NCBI GenBank assembly: GCA_010093705.1
Contig: MU006116.1
Coordinates: forward strand, 37,424 to 101,423
Direction: 5' to 3'
Length of the DNA stretch: 64,000 nt
Origin: Patellaria atrata CBS 101060
Lineage: Eukaryota
The notes beneath the pieces are model-generated. The model ran no database searches. It worked only from the letters and a program-made list of their open reading frames with translations, and was not told the origin of the DNA. Shown here in pieces: positions 33,092 to 46,198 of this stretch (position 1 is the first letter of the stretch; every line of letters starts with the position of its first letter). A program made the position numbers and the translations under genes.

Positions 33092-36000
33092 TGAGACAGA
33101 GACTCATTCCATACATTAGACTTTAACAAGCATATAGAGACGATCGTAATAGTTGGAGATATGGATGCCGATATTCGCGACACGGAACGAGCTTATCGAT
33201 AAAGGCTTAGATTCAAATACTAGCGCGTCGGGTAAGGGTCCACTTTCCCGTGCTGTCAAGCTTCATCAGGATATCCATTATAGAGGCAATTCACACTCTA
33301 ACCATATTATTACTTCAAAATCATGGGCAAATTCAAAAATCCTTTGCCAATTCTCTTGGTAACGATCTTCGGCATAGGAAATGGTACTTTCCCAGCTCTT
33401 TAGATGCTTGATAAAGACAATTCACTAAGCACGTATAGGGATTTACACTTTCGGCCCTATTCTCCAACAACATGAAGGAGAAAGGGGCAAACCATTACAG
33501 TAAGGAACCTGCGCATAGAATATTAGCTTGAGAGGCTCATTCCGCTACAGACAAGATCTTGATGCCAGCAACACAGTGGTCTCCGAAAAATCCCAAATTG
33601 CAACACCCAGACCAGGTCCTACCGATGAGGAGCTTCTGCAAAAATCGCCTTGGATCTCGCTAAAGAATTGGTTGTCCGGCTCGAAGAACAATGACAAAGA
33701 TCCTTAAATATCCACATATCAAAGACTTGCGACGCGAAAAATAAAGAAATGTGAATAACGTTTTTTACGTTGTCGAACTGGCCAGTTCGGCGGTAGTGGT
33801 GACCACTTATCAAGTATTTGTCACTTAAGGCACGAAGCAATAAGTGTTTCATCGACAACAAAACGGTCAATTACTGTGGTATTGCATACTGGAAAATTTC
33901 CCAACAACTGGATTGATGATGTTCCCGCCGCTCAAAGTACCCTCACGAGAGATGAAAGCAAAATAAGTTGATCCCGCAACTCTATGCATATACTTATCGA
34001 AGCTTAAACGGACAATAACTTTACTATGTTGTGGCCATTTTGCTCGGGGTTTACGAATGTAGGTTTTATTCACTTTCAAAAAAAAAAACCCCCACCGGAT
34101 GGTAACCATTGAAAGGTATTCATTGGTGATCTCCTTCGATCTCAGATACAGAATGGCATTCGATGGGATGATGCCACTCTATCTCCTCTGCTATTGCCTA
34201 GAGAGGGGCGTAGAAGTGGTATTTTCATATCTACAATAAGGAGTAAGCTTGGGTTACCGTAAATAGAAATTTGACTAGTCGACTCGATCAATAGGGCTCG
34301 ATGTTGAATGGGCGTTCCGGGTTGGATGATAAAACGGTGTGAGGCTAATTCATTTAATGATTCCCTTCCTACCTAGTCACAGCTACCGAACACTGGGCTA
34401 AGGTATCGGTCACTTTCCTTTGGTAGAAATTCATAAGGTAGTGTTTTATTGAAGCCAGATTTTTAGCCACTTCCTTCAGTCCAGTCCCAATGCCTGATAT
34501 TGAAATGCACATTCATGAGGAAGTCATGATATCTACTCAATATCTAAAACCAGGCCTTTCACCGCCCCAAAACATATTTTATCTCTTGTTTGCTTTTCAA
34601 CTTTTCTCAACAGTCAAACTACACGATTAACTCGCATCAGTCCCTTGCAACTATTCGTCATGAATGACAGTGAAACTAGAACCCTTGCGTATTACAGTAG
34701 CATTATCCCGCGTTCCTAACCTTAAACTAGAAGGTCGATCGGATTATTTTTTTCACTAGAGTCTACCCTACCTACCTTAAAGTTCCAATCTCTCGGTTAT
34801 AAGAAATGACCGGAAGGCGGGAACGCCACCTTTGTAGTTCTACCAAGGAAACGAATGGATGAGTACCTCTCTAACATGTAAAAACCCTCACCATCCAGGA
34901 ACCGTCAACCCGTCAAAATTTCTACTGTTCCTCCCGCAAACAATGCAGCTCTGTACACTGCTACATATCACAACTACGGCCAGTTTCGTAAGATAAGATG
35001 CCATATACCTGAGTGGAAGGTAACCAATTCATCTTGAGTTTGACAGAGCTTTCCATGATGCAAGACAACTCCCCAGACCAAGACTATGCACGTCTATATC
35101 CCATCGCGGCATCAACTCCGCAGGTATTCAGGTATTGGTCGCACAACATCTCCAGCGCTTCTTATCGAGTTTCGCGAGGATGGCATGAGTTTCCATATCC
35201 GAAGAGTACTCGGTTCAGGGATGATGCTATCGTTAGCATCGGAGAATAGGAATGCTACAGCTAGACTATGACTGATCTATCTCGCTCTTTAACCCTTTTC
35301 GAAGACGGCATTCCTAAGGTATAATGTGAACTATTTTCACTCGAACACCTCGGACGTGGGATGATATTGGCGACTAAGCTTCTGCTTTGTCTTCCATACC
35401 ACAGTCTCGATACCATCAATTATTTCTTTTAGATCCTACCTAGGATAGCTGAACATTGTCTGTCGCTCTCTCTACCTTCCTAAGTAGTGGCTTTTTGCTA
35501 ATTTTTAGGATATTCGCTGCGCAACATTGGTGACTGAACCTCCTTGAAGCTTGAGTGGCTACCAGAAGCATTTAATCCGAAGCTTAAGACTCCAACAGAC
35601 CCTTTTGATTCCATGTTTATCCAAAACAATCAGCTGTAATACACTTCTTAGAGTGCCCAGTCTCTGAGCCAGCTTGAAAGTTTTTGACAATAGCAATGGA
35701 ATATGACGATCCGGAACCAATGGGTAGTGACGATGCTGCAATTGATCAGGGGTATGATCCGGAGTATTCTGTACTGTATTTGCACCAAAATATGGAGCTC
35801 GCGACCATATGTGTTGTAAACTCACTCATACGTAAACTTCTTCGATGGCCGACATCATTTGAGGTTAATTAATGAATTTTAGTGTTCGTCATTATTAGTA
35901 GACTGTAGCTCAGATGCTCGAAAGGTAAGCACATCAAAGCAGATGATATATGGATCGTACTTTCTGGTGTAGGTGATGCAAACTATTAGCATCCAACTTA

Positions 36001-36289
36001 TTAAAAACCTTTTTTAAAACACAGACAGACCATTTTGATATTTCCACATTGAGTCTGTCAGTTGGGTACAAGCCGATATGGGAGTGGGTTTCACGCTCGA
36101 AATATCCCAGACCAATGGGTGGTTCCCTGCCGGATAGTACGTACAATGAGTATTATTTAATATTCCTTGCCTATGCTAATTACGACTTTGCGTCAACAGT
36201 TTGTTTGGTGATGGTGTGGGTATTACATTATCTTTTCCATGATAAAGGTTTCTGTGTGTTGTTGTCTAATGAATATCCGTAAGTACAAG

Positions 36290-37196
36290 TAAGTTACTGC
36301 GCATGCAGCCTTAAAGCTATGGCGCAACTCTCTATATACATAAATCCCTTTTCAGGGCCTTTATATGCTTAGTGAAGTCTTCAGTAGTTTAACCCACTGG
36401 TAATTTATATGTAAAGGAAAGCCATTACGTTTAAACTCCATATAAAGGAAATTGTTGGAAAACCGTCTTTCTTCCTCTTCACCATCTCTTTTCTAATTTC
36501 CATTTCTATGCTATACATCTTGTTATCTTCTGTAGACTTTATGCTTCTACTCTATCTATATCTCCTGCGTGTATTAACCATCTGGCGGTAGAGATTTGAG
36601 TTTTTGCTAAAAACTTGAATAACACCTGTTTGCCTAACTTTGTGCAAAAAATCTTTGCCATTGTTAGCTTTGATCTTAGTTCCTTCCTCATTTCCTTGCA
36701 TTCCTTAGAGTAGTGTGCACAATGTAAAATTAGGTGTGTTGGTGTTTGGAGTGATTGACAGTCTCTGAAGCACTTCCCTTCTTCATCTTTCCCAATCACC
36801 TTAGAGTAAGATTTGAAGAATCCAATACCAGTCTTAAGTTGAAAGTATGCTGCTTGGATCTTCTTCTGGACATTGGATCCGGGTATACCGAGTGAGAAAC
36901 GCACAAGATCTCTGCAAATGCGTGTATAATGTTTGCCTTGTTTCTTGCTATTGGCTTCCCAGCTTTGTTTCCAATCAGATAAGATCTTTTCCTTGCCTTT
37001 CCGTTTAATATAACTGAGTGATGTGAATGAAGTGCCTATGGGCTTGCGGCCCAGTCCCTTTTTAGCCAGCTTGTCTGCTATGTCATTCCCAAAGATGTTC
37101 TTATGACCGGGAAACCAGCTGAAGGTAATTCTCATTTCCCATTCATTACAGTATTGTAGGTAATGCAATACAATGGAATTAAAAAAAAAAAACAGG
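36290..37196 (-). mobile_element. 5'-truncated non-LTR retrotransposon (Tad1-like LINE) 3' fragment: RNase H C-terminus plus CCHC knuckle
   Basis: WFPGHKNIFGNDIADKLAK (RNase H), QLKTG.G, C...C...QTPTHLILHC; candidate 8-bp TSD AGTACAAG at 36282-36289 and 37197-37204. Confidence 0.85.
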
Positions 37197-37353
37197 AGTA
37201 CAAGCCAAGATTTACTTATCGCGATAAGAGATACTATCCCACAAAAATTCACCTCATTCACTCAGTAATAACGTCACTTGCAGGCACTTTTTACAGAAAC
37301 CAATATTAACCCTGGCGGCGATTCCGTTCAGATTCAAAGCTGGTGGTGCCAGT

Positions 37354-39950
37354 ATGGCGCCAATAGTAGACCATCACCACAGGAGTACTACCAAGTCCTC
37401 GCACAAACCTTTCAAAGCCCGCCACGCAACTAAAAGTGCCTTGAAGGAAAAGTCAAAAGGTGTGAAAACTCTCGCTGGTTATATGCATGGAGATACACTG
37501 ACATGGCGAAATTAGGCAAGGTCGAACATTTTGAAAAAGGCTCGCGCAAAACCCCACACCAGCAGGTTATGTCTAAGCTCGACCGGCGAAATCAAGCAAA
37601 ACAGAAGCGCTTGCTGAATCACCATGACCATATCAAAGCCACAAGCCTCTTTTCAGGTAGGGATGGGGCACCCAGGATTGTAGCTGTTATCCCTGTTTGT
37701 CGAGATGTGTCAGGACCGGAAGTCGTACGAAGCCTGAATAAAAGCGTCGATCTAGATGAGCAGGCTCCAGAGCTAGGCTATATGAAAGCAAACATAGAGA
37801 GATTCAAGCAGAAAATCGAATACGTGATAGTCTCCAGGGATATTATGACTATTCTAAATGCTTGTAGAGCCGCGGAATTCGTTTTATTCGTACTAAGTGC
37901 TAATGAGGAGGTTGATGATGTGGGGGAATTAATTCTACGGACAGTTGAGAGTCAAGGCGTATCTAACGTCATCACTGTAGTGCAGGTAGATAGTTTACCT
38001 TCATATGAGTCTTTCGAATACTGACGGCTTCTTTAGAATCTCGAGAAAATCGAGCCGGCGAAACGGAGGCCGCAACTATTATCCTCTCTCAAATCATACA
38101 TTACTCATTTCTATCCCACACAAGAGAAAGTTTACTCCCTTGACTCTCGGCAAGACTGCGCGAATGTTCTTCGATCCCTCTGCACGCTCACACCAAAAGG
38201 AATCAAATGGCGAGAAGATAGAAGCTGGATGTTAGTAGAAGATGTGCGGTGGTCGGGTGGCAAGAAAGCATTGATCGATGGAAATGAGACTGGGGAAGTC
38301 ATTCTTTCGGGGATTGTAAGAGGGAAGGGGCTGAAGGCGGACCGTTTGGTACAAGTTGGGGACTGGGGAGATTTTCAAATTGAGAAAATTGTCGCCGCAC
38401 CTTTAGGGGGAAAAAAGGCTAAAGGAGAAGATATGGCTCTTGACGAAGCGAGTACCCCTAAGATTCTAGATCACCCAACAGAAGATCAGGATGATATGAA
38501 TGAGCTTGCGCCCGAGGAAGCGGTAATGGAAGACGTTGATGATACGGGTGATTCGGCCATCCCTACGGGGCGTAAAGGGGTATTGCTAGATGATCACCAC
38601 TACTTCTCCGACGAAGAGGCATACGATAAAGTCCTTTCCAAGCGGTTACCACGAGGTACGTCTAAATACCAAGCTGCGTGGTATCTTGGGGACGTATCGG
38701 ACTCGGGATCAGACCTTGAAGACGTGGACGAGAGCATGTTTGATGGACCAACGGATGGGTTAGCGGATCCGGCGGATGGAATGGAAGGCGTAGACTTCAA
38801 TCAGATGGACCCTACGGAGGCTGGCCCATCTGAATATCCGCCGTCTGAGATGTTCCTAGATCCATCGCCCGATGAAGAAGCGGAACAGCTCACAGCATAT
38901 CGCGCCCAACGGAAGGATGCTAAAGAAGATCTCGAATTTCCAGATGAGGTCGAATTACATCCTCATGTATCTGCTCGAGAGCGTTTGGCTCGTTATCGCG
39001 GTCTTAAGAGTCTTCGAACAAGCACCTGGGAAACAGAAGAGGATAGACCGTACGAGCCAGAAGAGTGGCGACGGCTACTCGAGATATCGAACTACAAGGT
39101 TGCTAAAAGTCGTGTACTACGTGAAGCTCTAGTTGGGGGCGTGAAACCTGGTACACACGTTTTGATCTACTTGCGCAATGTTCCCCTCTCTCTTCAGCAT
39201 TCATATGACCCGTCCCAACCACTCGCACTCTTCTCACTACATCGACATGAGCACAAACGCACCGCCGTCAACTATAGTATCACTCTCAGCTCTGACTACG
39301 AAGCACCACTGAAATCGAAAGAGGAACTTATTCTTCAGTGTGGTCCTCGACGGTTTATCATAAACCCTCTTTTCTCCCAAGCGGGTAACACTTCCAACGA
39401 TGTCCATAAATTTGACCGCTATCTTCATCCTGGGCGAAGTGCCATTGCGACATTTACTGCTCCGCTGACCTGGGGATCCGTTCCAGCTCTTTTCTTCAAA
39501 CGGGTCTCTAAGGAAGTAGATATTTCCGAGGATGACAATGAGATGGACACTACGATCACCCAAATCACGCTAATCCCTTTACGCCTCGTCGCTACGGGAA
39601 CTTCTCTCCCGCCTTCAACGAACCGTGTGATCGCGAAGCGCGCCATTCTCACCGGTCATCCTTACAAGATACATAAGAAGCTTGTTACTGTCCGATATAT
39701 GTTCTTCAACGCAGAAGACGTGGCGTGGTTCAAAGCTTTGCAGCTCTGGACTAAAAGGGGTAGGAGTGGATATATCAAGGAGTCTTTGGGTACACATGGG
39801 TATTTTAAGGCTACGTTTGATGGTAAGATTAACCCGATGGATGCGGTGGGTATGAGTCTCTATAAAAGGGTTTGGCCTCGTCCGGCAAGAGTGTGGAAGG
39901 GGTTCGAAATGGAAGATGAAAAAGTGGAGCAGGACGTCATGAAAGTTTGA
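37354..39950 (+). CDS. TSR1: 40S ribosome biogenesis protein Tsr1 (3 exons)
   Basis: HHHRSTTK..HKPFK.RHATK N-terminus, DRRNQAKQ, EFPDEVE, RYRGLKSLRTS.W, RYMFFN.EDV.WFK, G.IKESLGTHGYFKATFD, LYKRVWP. Confidence 0.95.
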
Positions 39951-40563
39951 CCGCAGAAGTTGACTTCAATAACGAAAATGTGAAGAAGAATACAGAAATT
40001 CAGTGGTTCACGAAACTCATAAGTTGATCTCTGTTCCTCCGTAATATAGACACACAGCTCAGCTAAATCGGATTATCCTTTGCCAATAATCTGCTGATTG
40101 GTACTATGCGCTATTAGATGGAATATAAGGTAAAGAATCAACTAGAGCCAAGAATGAGACCCTCTATGATCCAGGGAGATCGATGGTTTTGCTATCCTAT
40201 TGGAATCATAAATACAAAGGTAAACATTCCGATACGGCCAGTTCCCTTCGGTCAATACGTCGTGCGGTGAGGACTCTCCCAAGCCCGAGATAATTTGGGA
40301 AGGTTGATTAATCTGTACTGTTATCCTTACTAGTTCTTCGATGATGGAATTCTTAATGCTTCTTTTCCTGATACCCGAAATGCGGGTTAGTTCTAGTACT
40401 AGAAGCCCTTCCTCTTCGTCCGAACTCGGTCCTGGTGTTGCAAATTTGGAATGTCATCTGGTAGTTGCACAAGTGAAAAGTGTATGAAAAGATGGTTACA
40501 TGCACTCCTCTGCCTTTCTCATCGACTCTTGTGTATATTATTGCCTTTTCTTCCTCATAAAAG

Positions 40564-41940
40564 ATGGGTTTGCGATCGATTCTTGTGTCTTTCGTACCTG
40601 CTGGTGACAGCTCCAAAAAACGCATAATCTCCATCGGTTGTCAAGATCGACGACCAGGATCCTCATCCAGCCATGACGTTCGCTCTCATTTTCTGACTAA
40701 CACTAAAACGACCACACGACCTGCTTCTCAGTGTTCTATTTTGCAAAATCTATCGCCGGCATATAATGTTCATCCCTCGAGTATAGACTCACAAAGCTCC
40801 AAATCCGGTTCTAAGAAAAGCAGAAACTTCCTACTACAGATGGCTACAGATCAATCTGCATCCCGCGCTGCCCGCCGACAGCTTGCCGAACACCTCCGCG
40901 ATAACTGGACGTGGCCTCCCACTTTCACCCCACTAGAAACGGATGAAGACCCGATCGTGAAGGCAACTCTGACTCGTGAACGGTATTATAGTTCATATTC
41001 CTCAGAAGATGAAGACGAAACCCCGATCTCCAATCCTAGCACTGCAGCTGCAACAGTGGGCCTTGAGAAGCGTGAACATGCGCGTACAATGAGCGACCCT
41101 TACCGGTTCGAAGGCCCTGATGCAGTCGGCCCAGAGTTGAAAAAGGAGACAGAAAGCAAGAGACGGCGACGTTGGAGGGAAGAGGCAGAAGAAATGACGT
41201 GGAACGAGGGCCTCCGATGCTGGATTGAGAGACGGGACTATTGGACCGGTGCTACCGGGGTAAGGAGACGTGCCGTCGGGGTCTCAACAATGCATGGAAC
41301 CAACGGACACGCCATAGCTGCTCAAGTTTTGGAAAGCTATGTCTCTCAACCCAGCGACCCAGGATCGCATCCAGAGAGGAAAGGGAACCCGCACCGCGAG
41401 ACCTCCACAACGGCCGAATCCCGTAATTCCACCGCCTCTACAAACTCCAACCTAAGCGTCCTCACCATCTCCACACCTCCCTCCTCTATCTCCCTCCCAC
41501 ATCCCTCCACTTCAACTGACCTTGCGCCCCTCATCCCCCTTGTCCCGCCTCTACTTCCCCCAACCAACTCTCTCCGAGCCCAGATAAACCCCGCCCTCTA
41601 CCCCGAGATCTACACGAAGGTTGTGCTCTCATCGCGCACGCCCTCGGTCCCCATAAATCTTGCCGATATGACACGGGCTCTGGTGCAAGGCTGGAAAGAT
41701 GACGGCGAGTGGCCGCCGAAACCAAGCATACCGGAGCCAGTGATTGCGGGCAAACGGGGAAAACTGGCGAGACGGGTCGTACCTGGGATGAGAGGGGAAG
41801 TAGGAGAGGGAGGTCAGGGTGCCGTAGCGTCTAGAGAAAAGCATCCACATGTGAAACGTGGGGTTGAGAGTGTAAAAAGAGCGTTTAGATTGAGTGGGAG
41901 TGGAAGCGGAGAGAGAAGTGAGGAGAAGTTGGGTGATTGA
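40564..41940 (+). CDS. DUF4050 (Gag1-like) family protein; true start may be the ATG at 40840
   Basis: WNEGL..W..RR..WTG and Y..IY.K.V....TP..PINL.D...ALVQGWK.DGEWP motifs. Confidence 0.7.
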   Translation: MGLRSILVSFVPAGDSSKKRIISIGCQDRRPGSSSSHDVRSHFLTNTKTTTRPASQCSILQNLSPAYNVHPSSIDSQSSKSGSKKSRNFLLQMATDQSASRAARRQLAEHLRDNWTWPPTFTPLETDEDPIVKATLTRERYYSSYSSEDEDETPISNPSTAAATVGLEKREHARTMSDPYRFEGPDAVGPELKKETESKRRRRWREEAEEMTWNEGLRCWIERRDYWTGATGVRRRAVGVSTMHGTNGHAIAAQVLESYVSQPSDPGSHPERKGNPHRETSTTAESRNSTASTNSNLSVLTISTPPSSISLPHPSTSTDLAPLIPLVPPLLPPTNSLRAQINPALYPEIYTKVVLSSRTPSVPINLADMTRALVQGWKDDGEWPPKPSIPEPVIAGKRGKLARRVVPGMRGEVGEGGQGAVASREKHPHVKRGVESVKRAFRLSGSGSGERSEEKLGD

Positions 41941-42453
41941 AGTGGTAAAGAGATACCCCACTTTGTCGCGTATACTGAATTTTCAAGAGTAGTGATGGAG
42001 CAAATTTGTAGGCGAAATACCCCTTGCATGACAATCAAGCGGCATCACGCACAGAAATACTGAAAAGTTTCAGAACTCAAGACATTGAGGCTTAAGGGAT
42101 CAGTTACAGAAAAGGTAAAACTTTGCTACAGTAACTACATTTTGATATGCGCCGCGGGTATGGGTAATTATTGCAGATACCCGGAGCTAGGTATCTGTCG
42201 GGAAGACCCGAAATGCGGGTATCCCGATTCACATGGCCGAATACCTTATCCCTCGCCCATGGGTGGCGTAATTCTTGGTATAAGGAAACAGAAAACTAGA
42301 CATCTAGACTAGTATACCCTTCACCCACGACGCCCATCATCCTGCATCGTATATCCTGGTATTACTCCATAGTGCATCGAGCCAGTTCGTGAGAATTTAT
42401 GGCACGCTAAAAGCTGCAACCTGATTGAAAATCAACCACATGCCCTACCAATC

Positions 42454-44710
42454 CTACACAACCAACCTCCTCGCATCCTCGACTGCAATTCTACCGACCT
42501 TTTTCAAAAAAGTCTTCTGCTCACCCTCTCTATACCTCTCCCACGCATCCAAACCCTCCTTAGTGCCAATATCTAAGGTCTCATAGCCCTGCTTGATCAC
42601 ACCTGCGACCTCCTTTGGCGACAAATTCCTCCTTCCCTTCTCTTGTAACAGTTGCTTATAATGGCCCTCTACTGAAATCAGTATCTCAATAGCAGCCGCC
42701 GTGCTTGGCTGTTTTGAGAGTTCGAAAGCGTCACGCAATGCTGTGAGGGAGTCGCCAGTCTCGACGAGCTTATAGAATAGATCATCGTAAGAGGCGGGGT
42801 CGGGGAGGAAAGATTCTCCGGCGGAGAGGGAGAAAGCAAGCAGAGAGAGGAGGTGCGTCATTAGAGTCGGGGTCGAGGGGTGCGGAAGAATGTCGGATGT
42901 GTAGGTGATCAGGAATTTGATGAACGAGAGAAGAGAGCGCCAGAATTCGGACCAGTGGTATGCTGCCAGAAATTAGAGTTAGTGCTGGTGAGAAACTGGA
43001 TATGCTTACCCAGGCGGACTCTGGATCTGCTGAGGAAGGATATGACACGGAGCATTAGACCGAGACATAGGCTTCACTTGTAAGTTGGTGAATTAAACCA
43101 GGGGTCTGTCATAAACTTACATGTATAGATCTAAGTCCAGGCGACGCCGGAGATTGTGGTTTATTCCGTCAATTAGGATGTCTAGTAGGACGGTAGCTAA
43201 GACACGATCACCTTTAACAATCGGTAGATATGGTTGCCTTTGCCGGCATAGTCTGACGGAAGTCTTGCTCTCATCACTGCAAATTCTTTTCGCCAGGACC
43301 TGATCTTCGATAAGGATTTGAATAATATGTAGATTGAGGGTCGTATAAAGTGCCGTCCGAGACGAGCGATAAGCATGTTGAATTAGGTAAGAAGTGAGTG
43401 AGAGAAAGCTACTAAACGGCGTTGAAGAGTTTCTTAACTCGGACGGTAGGGTGACAAGATTAAAACAGAACAGTTTGTTGGCAACAGAGAAGTCGTAGGT
43501 AGACAATAACAGGGCGCTTTCAGGTCCAGGTCTACCACCGTTAGTGCATATTATAGATAGGAAATAGAACGTACAATGCAGCAAATAATGCCTTAGTTTC
43601 TTCAGCTGTATGAATCGGGGTAGTTGGTTGAGATCCAGCAGCGAGAGCCCCTAAGCCTAAGTACGAGATAGTGTTACTCAGAGTCCAACCCTCAGGAATA
43701 TCTTCTTGCACGGCTACATATTTATCCCTTGCTATACAACAAATGGTTCCAACACAATAAGTGATTTTCCGTATAGCTGCGTCATTCACAAAATCATCGA
43801 GCCGTAAGCGATACGGATTTTGAAACTCGAACTTGTTATAGTTCGCGAGTAAGCCAAGGAGAACGAAAGGGTCCAGTAATTGTACGTTATCATCATACTC
43901 TTGAACTAACTTGACAACATTAGATTGGTCTACAGTAGAGCAAATTCGCATACCTTCATTAATGCAGGGAATAAGTCTCGATGTGTAAAGTATGAAATCA
44001 ATCCCGTCTGGTACGCGCCGGAAGTGATGGAAATAGCGGTTCGTACAGCTTTAAGCCGGATGTGAACTATTGAAAAGTCAATAGAACCCTTTGTATTCTC
44101 GGGAGTGTCCCTTACTATTCCTACCACTTCGAATCACAGTATCGAGAGCACCCACAAAATTAGAGAAAACAGCGTCCGCATCGTGGAGTCCCGCTAATAC
44201 AGAAATGATATCAGAACTGGGATTTGTATATTTCTTGCTCAATACTGCTCCTAAGAAGACTGTCAAGGTCTGGTCTGTAAGTAGGTAGGGTAGTTGTTTT
44301 TAATGGAGGTATTCTTACATCGAGGGCTACTTCATCTTGGGGCGCAATCGCAGTTTTCACATGCTCAATGGCTCTGGAAAAAAGTTCTTGTGGGTGCTCC
44401 TAGTATACAGAATGAGCTAATAGAATCGTAACGAAGGAATCGACGTAGAATTACGTGGTGGTGAAGTAGCTCCTCAGGCTTCAGGTCGCTGAGAATGCGC
44501 CGTAAGCTAGGAGCGTCGGGTCGGTGAAGGAAGAACTCCCGCCAGAAGCCCTCTGATAATTCAGTATCTTCTTCTTGTCCCTATATAACTATCAGCATAT
44601 GTTATATCTCCAGAGTGAATACGCACATTGAACAAGATCTCGTAAAGCTGTATAATCTTAGGTTGAAAGGACTCCGGTCTTGATTGTTGAGTCAGTGGAG
44701 AGGCTTCCAT
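42454..44710 (-). CDS. ARMH3/UPF0668 (DUF1741)-like armadillo helical protein, multi-exon
   Basis: MEASPLTQQSRPESFQPKIIQLYE; FWREFFL; LLANYNKFEFQNPY; GESFLPDPASYDDLFYKLVE; VIKQGYETL. Confidence 0.82.
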
Positions 44711-45162
44711 TCCTAGGTATTGCGGAGAGCAGAGATTATCGCGGATGAAAGAGATCTTTTGTCCACTGATAAAAGTAACGGACCAACAAGGTATGAACGG
44801 ATTAAACCGTGCGATGCATGCCTGGCTTGCTGACAATAAAAGTCAACACACCTAGTTCTAGATTGAGCTATGTAACCCTTTAGTTCTAAAGTATGCCAAG
44901 GATCACTAGCTAGAACTACATCACTTTTGCTGTAAATTTTCAACGTTATTTCTTCAAACAGACTCCATTTCTTAAAGTTTCTTGCGAATAATCGTGTGAT
45001 CTATAAGGTACGGTATTACCTTAGTTCTTCAAGGAGCCTGAGTTTTTGATGCAAAAGGTTACGGTTTAGTCTTACATAAGACGTTCCTAACGGTTAAAGC
45101 TCTGCTGAAAGTCAAGCAATTTTCAAGATCGACCTTAACGTCATAACCATTTTTATGAACTC

Positions 45163-45927
45163 ATGGGTGAATCAGCCAATTCAGCAGCACTGCTACTCGG
45201 CCTCTCAGGTCCATCTTCCTCTGGAAAGACCACTCTGGCGCGTCTACTCCGCGACATTCTGCCTAACACTTCGATCCTGCACATTGACGACTTCTACAAG
45301 ACTGATAAGGACATACCAGTGAATGAAGACGGTCTACAAGACTGGGATTGCCTAGATTCTCTCGACCTACCATTACTAACCTCCACACTAGAGTATATCA
45401 AGGAGCATGGGAGACCGCCGACAAACTTCATCTCAAAGGAGGATCAAAATGAAGTCGGGGAGTCAGGGGTGAGCGAAAAGACTGTGGTACAGTTCAGAGA
45501 AGAGATTCAGCATGTTTGTGGAGATCGTGCTTTCGACAGCCCTATCGTGATCATCGATGGCTTCCTGCTGTACTCAGACATTCCGCCACTATCTAAGGTC
45601 ACAGAGCTACTGGATGTCAAACTTTTCCTCCACAACGTTACGTACCAGACAGTCAAAAGGCGTCGAGAGGCGAGAAAAGGATATGTTACATTGGAAGGGT
45701 TTTGGGAAGATCCTCCCGGTTATGTGGATAAGATTGTATGGCCTAACTATGTAAAAGACCACAAATTCTTGTTCTACGATGGCGATGTTGAGGGTAGGTT
45801 GAATGAAGAGGTGTGTAAGGAGCTAGGTATTCGAGGAATGCCGGAAAGGGGGGACAACCAGATTTCTATACAAGATATGTTAGAATGGGCATTAGCTGCA
45901 GTGAAGGAAGACTTTCGGCAGAAATAG
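45163..45927 (+). CDS. NRK1: Nicotinamide riboside kinase
   Basis: GLSGPSSSGKTT P-loop, H.DDFY, DWDC, R..RKGYVTLEGFWEDPPGYVD.IVWPNY. Confidence 0.9.
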   Translation: MGESANSAALLLGLSGPSSSGKTTLARLLRDILPNTSILHIDDFYKTDKDIPVNEDGLQDWDCLDSLDLPLLTSTLEYIKEHGRPPTNFISKEDQNEVGESGVSEKTVVQFREEIQHVCGDRAFDSPIVIIDGFLLYSDIPPLSKVTELLDVKLFLHNVTYQTVKRRREARKGYVTLEGFWEDPPGYVDKIVWPNYVKDHKFLFYDGDVEGRLNEEVCKELGIRGMPERGDNQISIQDMLEWALAAVKEDFRQK

Positions 45928-46198
45928 TGAGATGCGAGAATCGGGATGACGCATGAATATGTCAAACCTAGGTGTACGATACAGCTCCAAGCCGGTACAG
46001 ACCAGCAGTGGTATTGGTTCTAATGTGATAGCCTTTGAGTTACGATTTGGCTTCTTATAAACAAGGTGGGGTTGAGCAGGATTCAGGTAAAAAGTAATCC
46101 CTCTGACTGTCCTAGACGGCACCCCTTCATGACTGGAAATAGAATGATAATAGCGTAACGCCACAACTCCGCAATAATAAATCATCCCCGAGTACAGC

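Noticed and set aside
33300..36280. Scattered short ORFs and intron-like signals between MMS22 and the LINE
   Set aside because: Possibly a decayed gene, but I could not build a coherent frame or recognise a family.
42146..42270. Cluster of GGGTA/TACCC motifs resembling a degraded transposon end
   Set aside because: No convincing TIR pair or TSD found.
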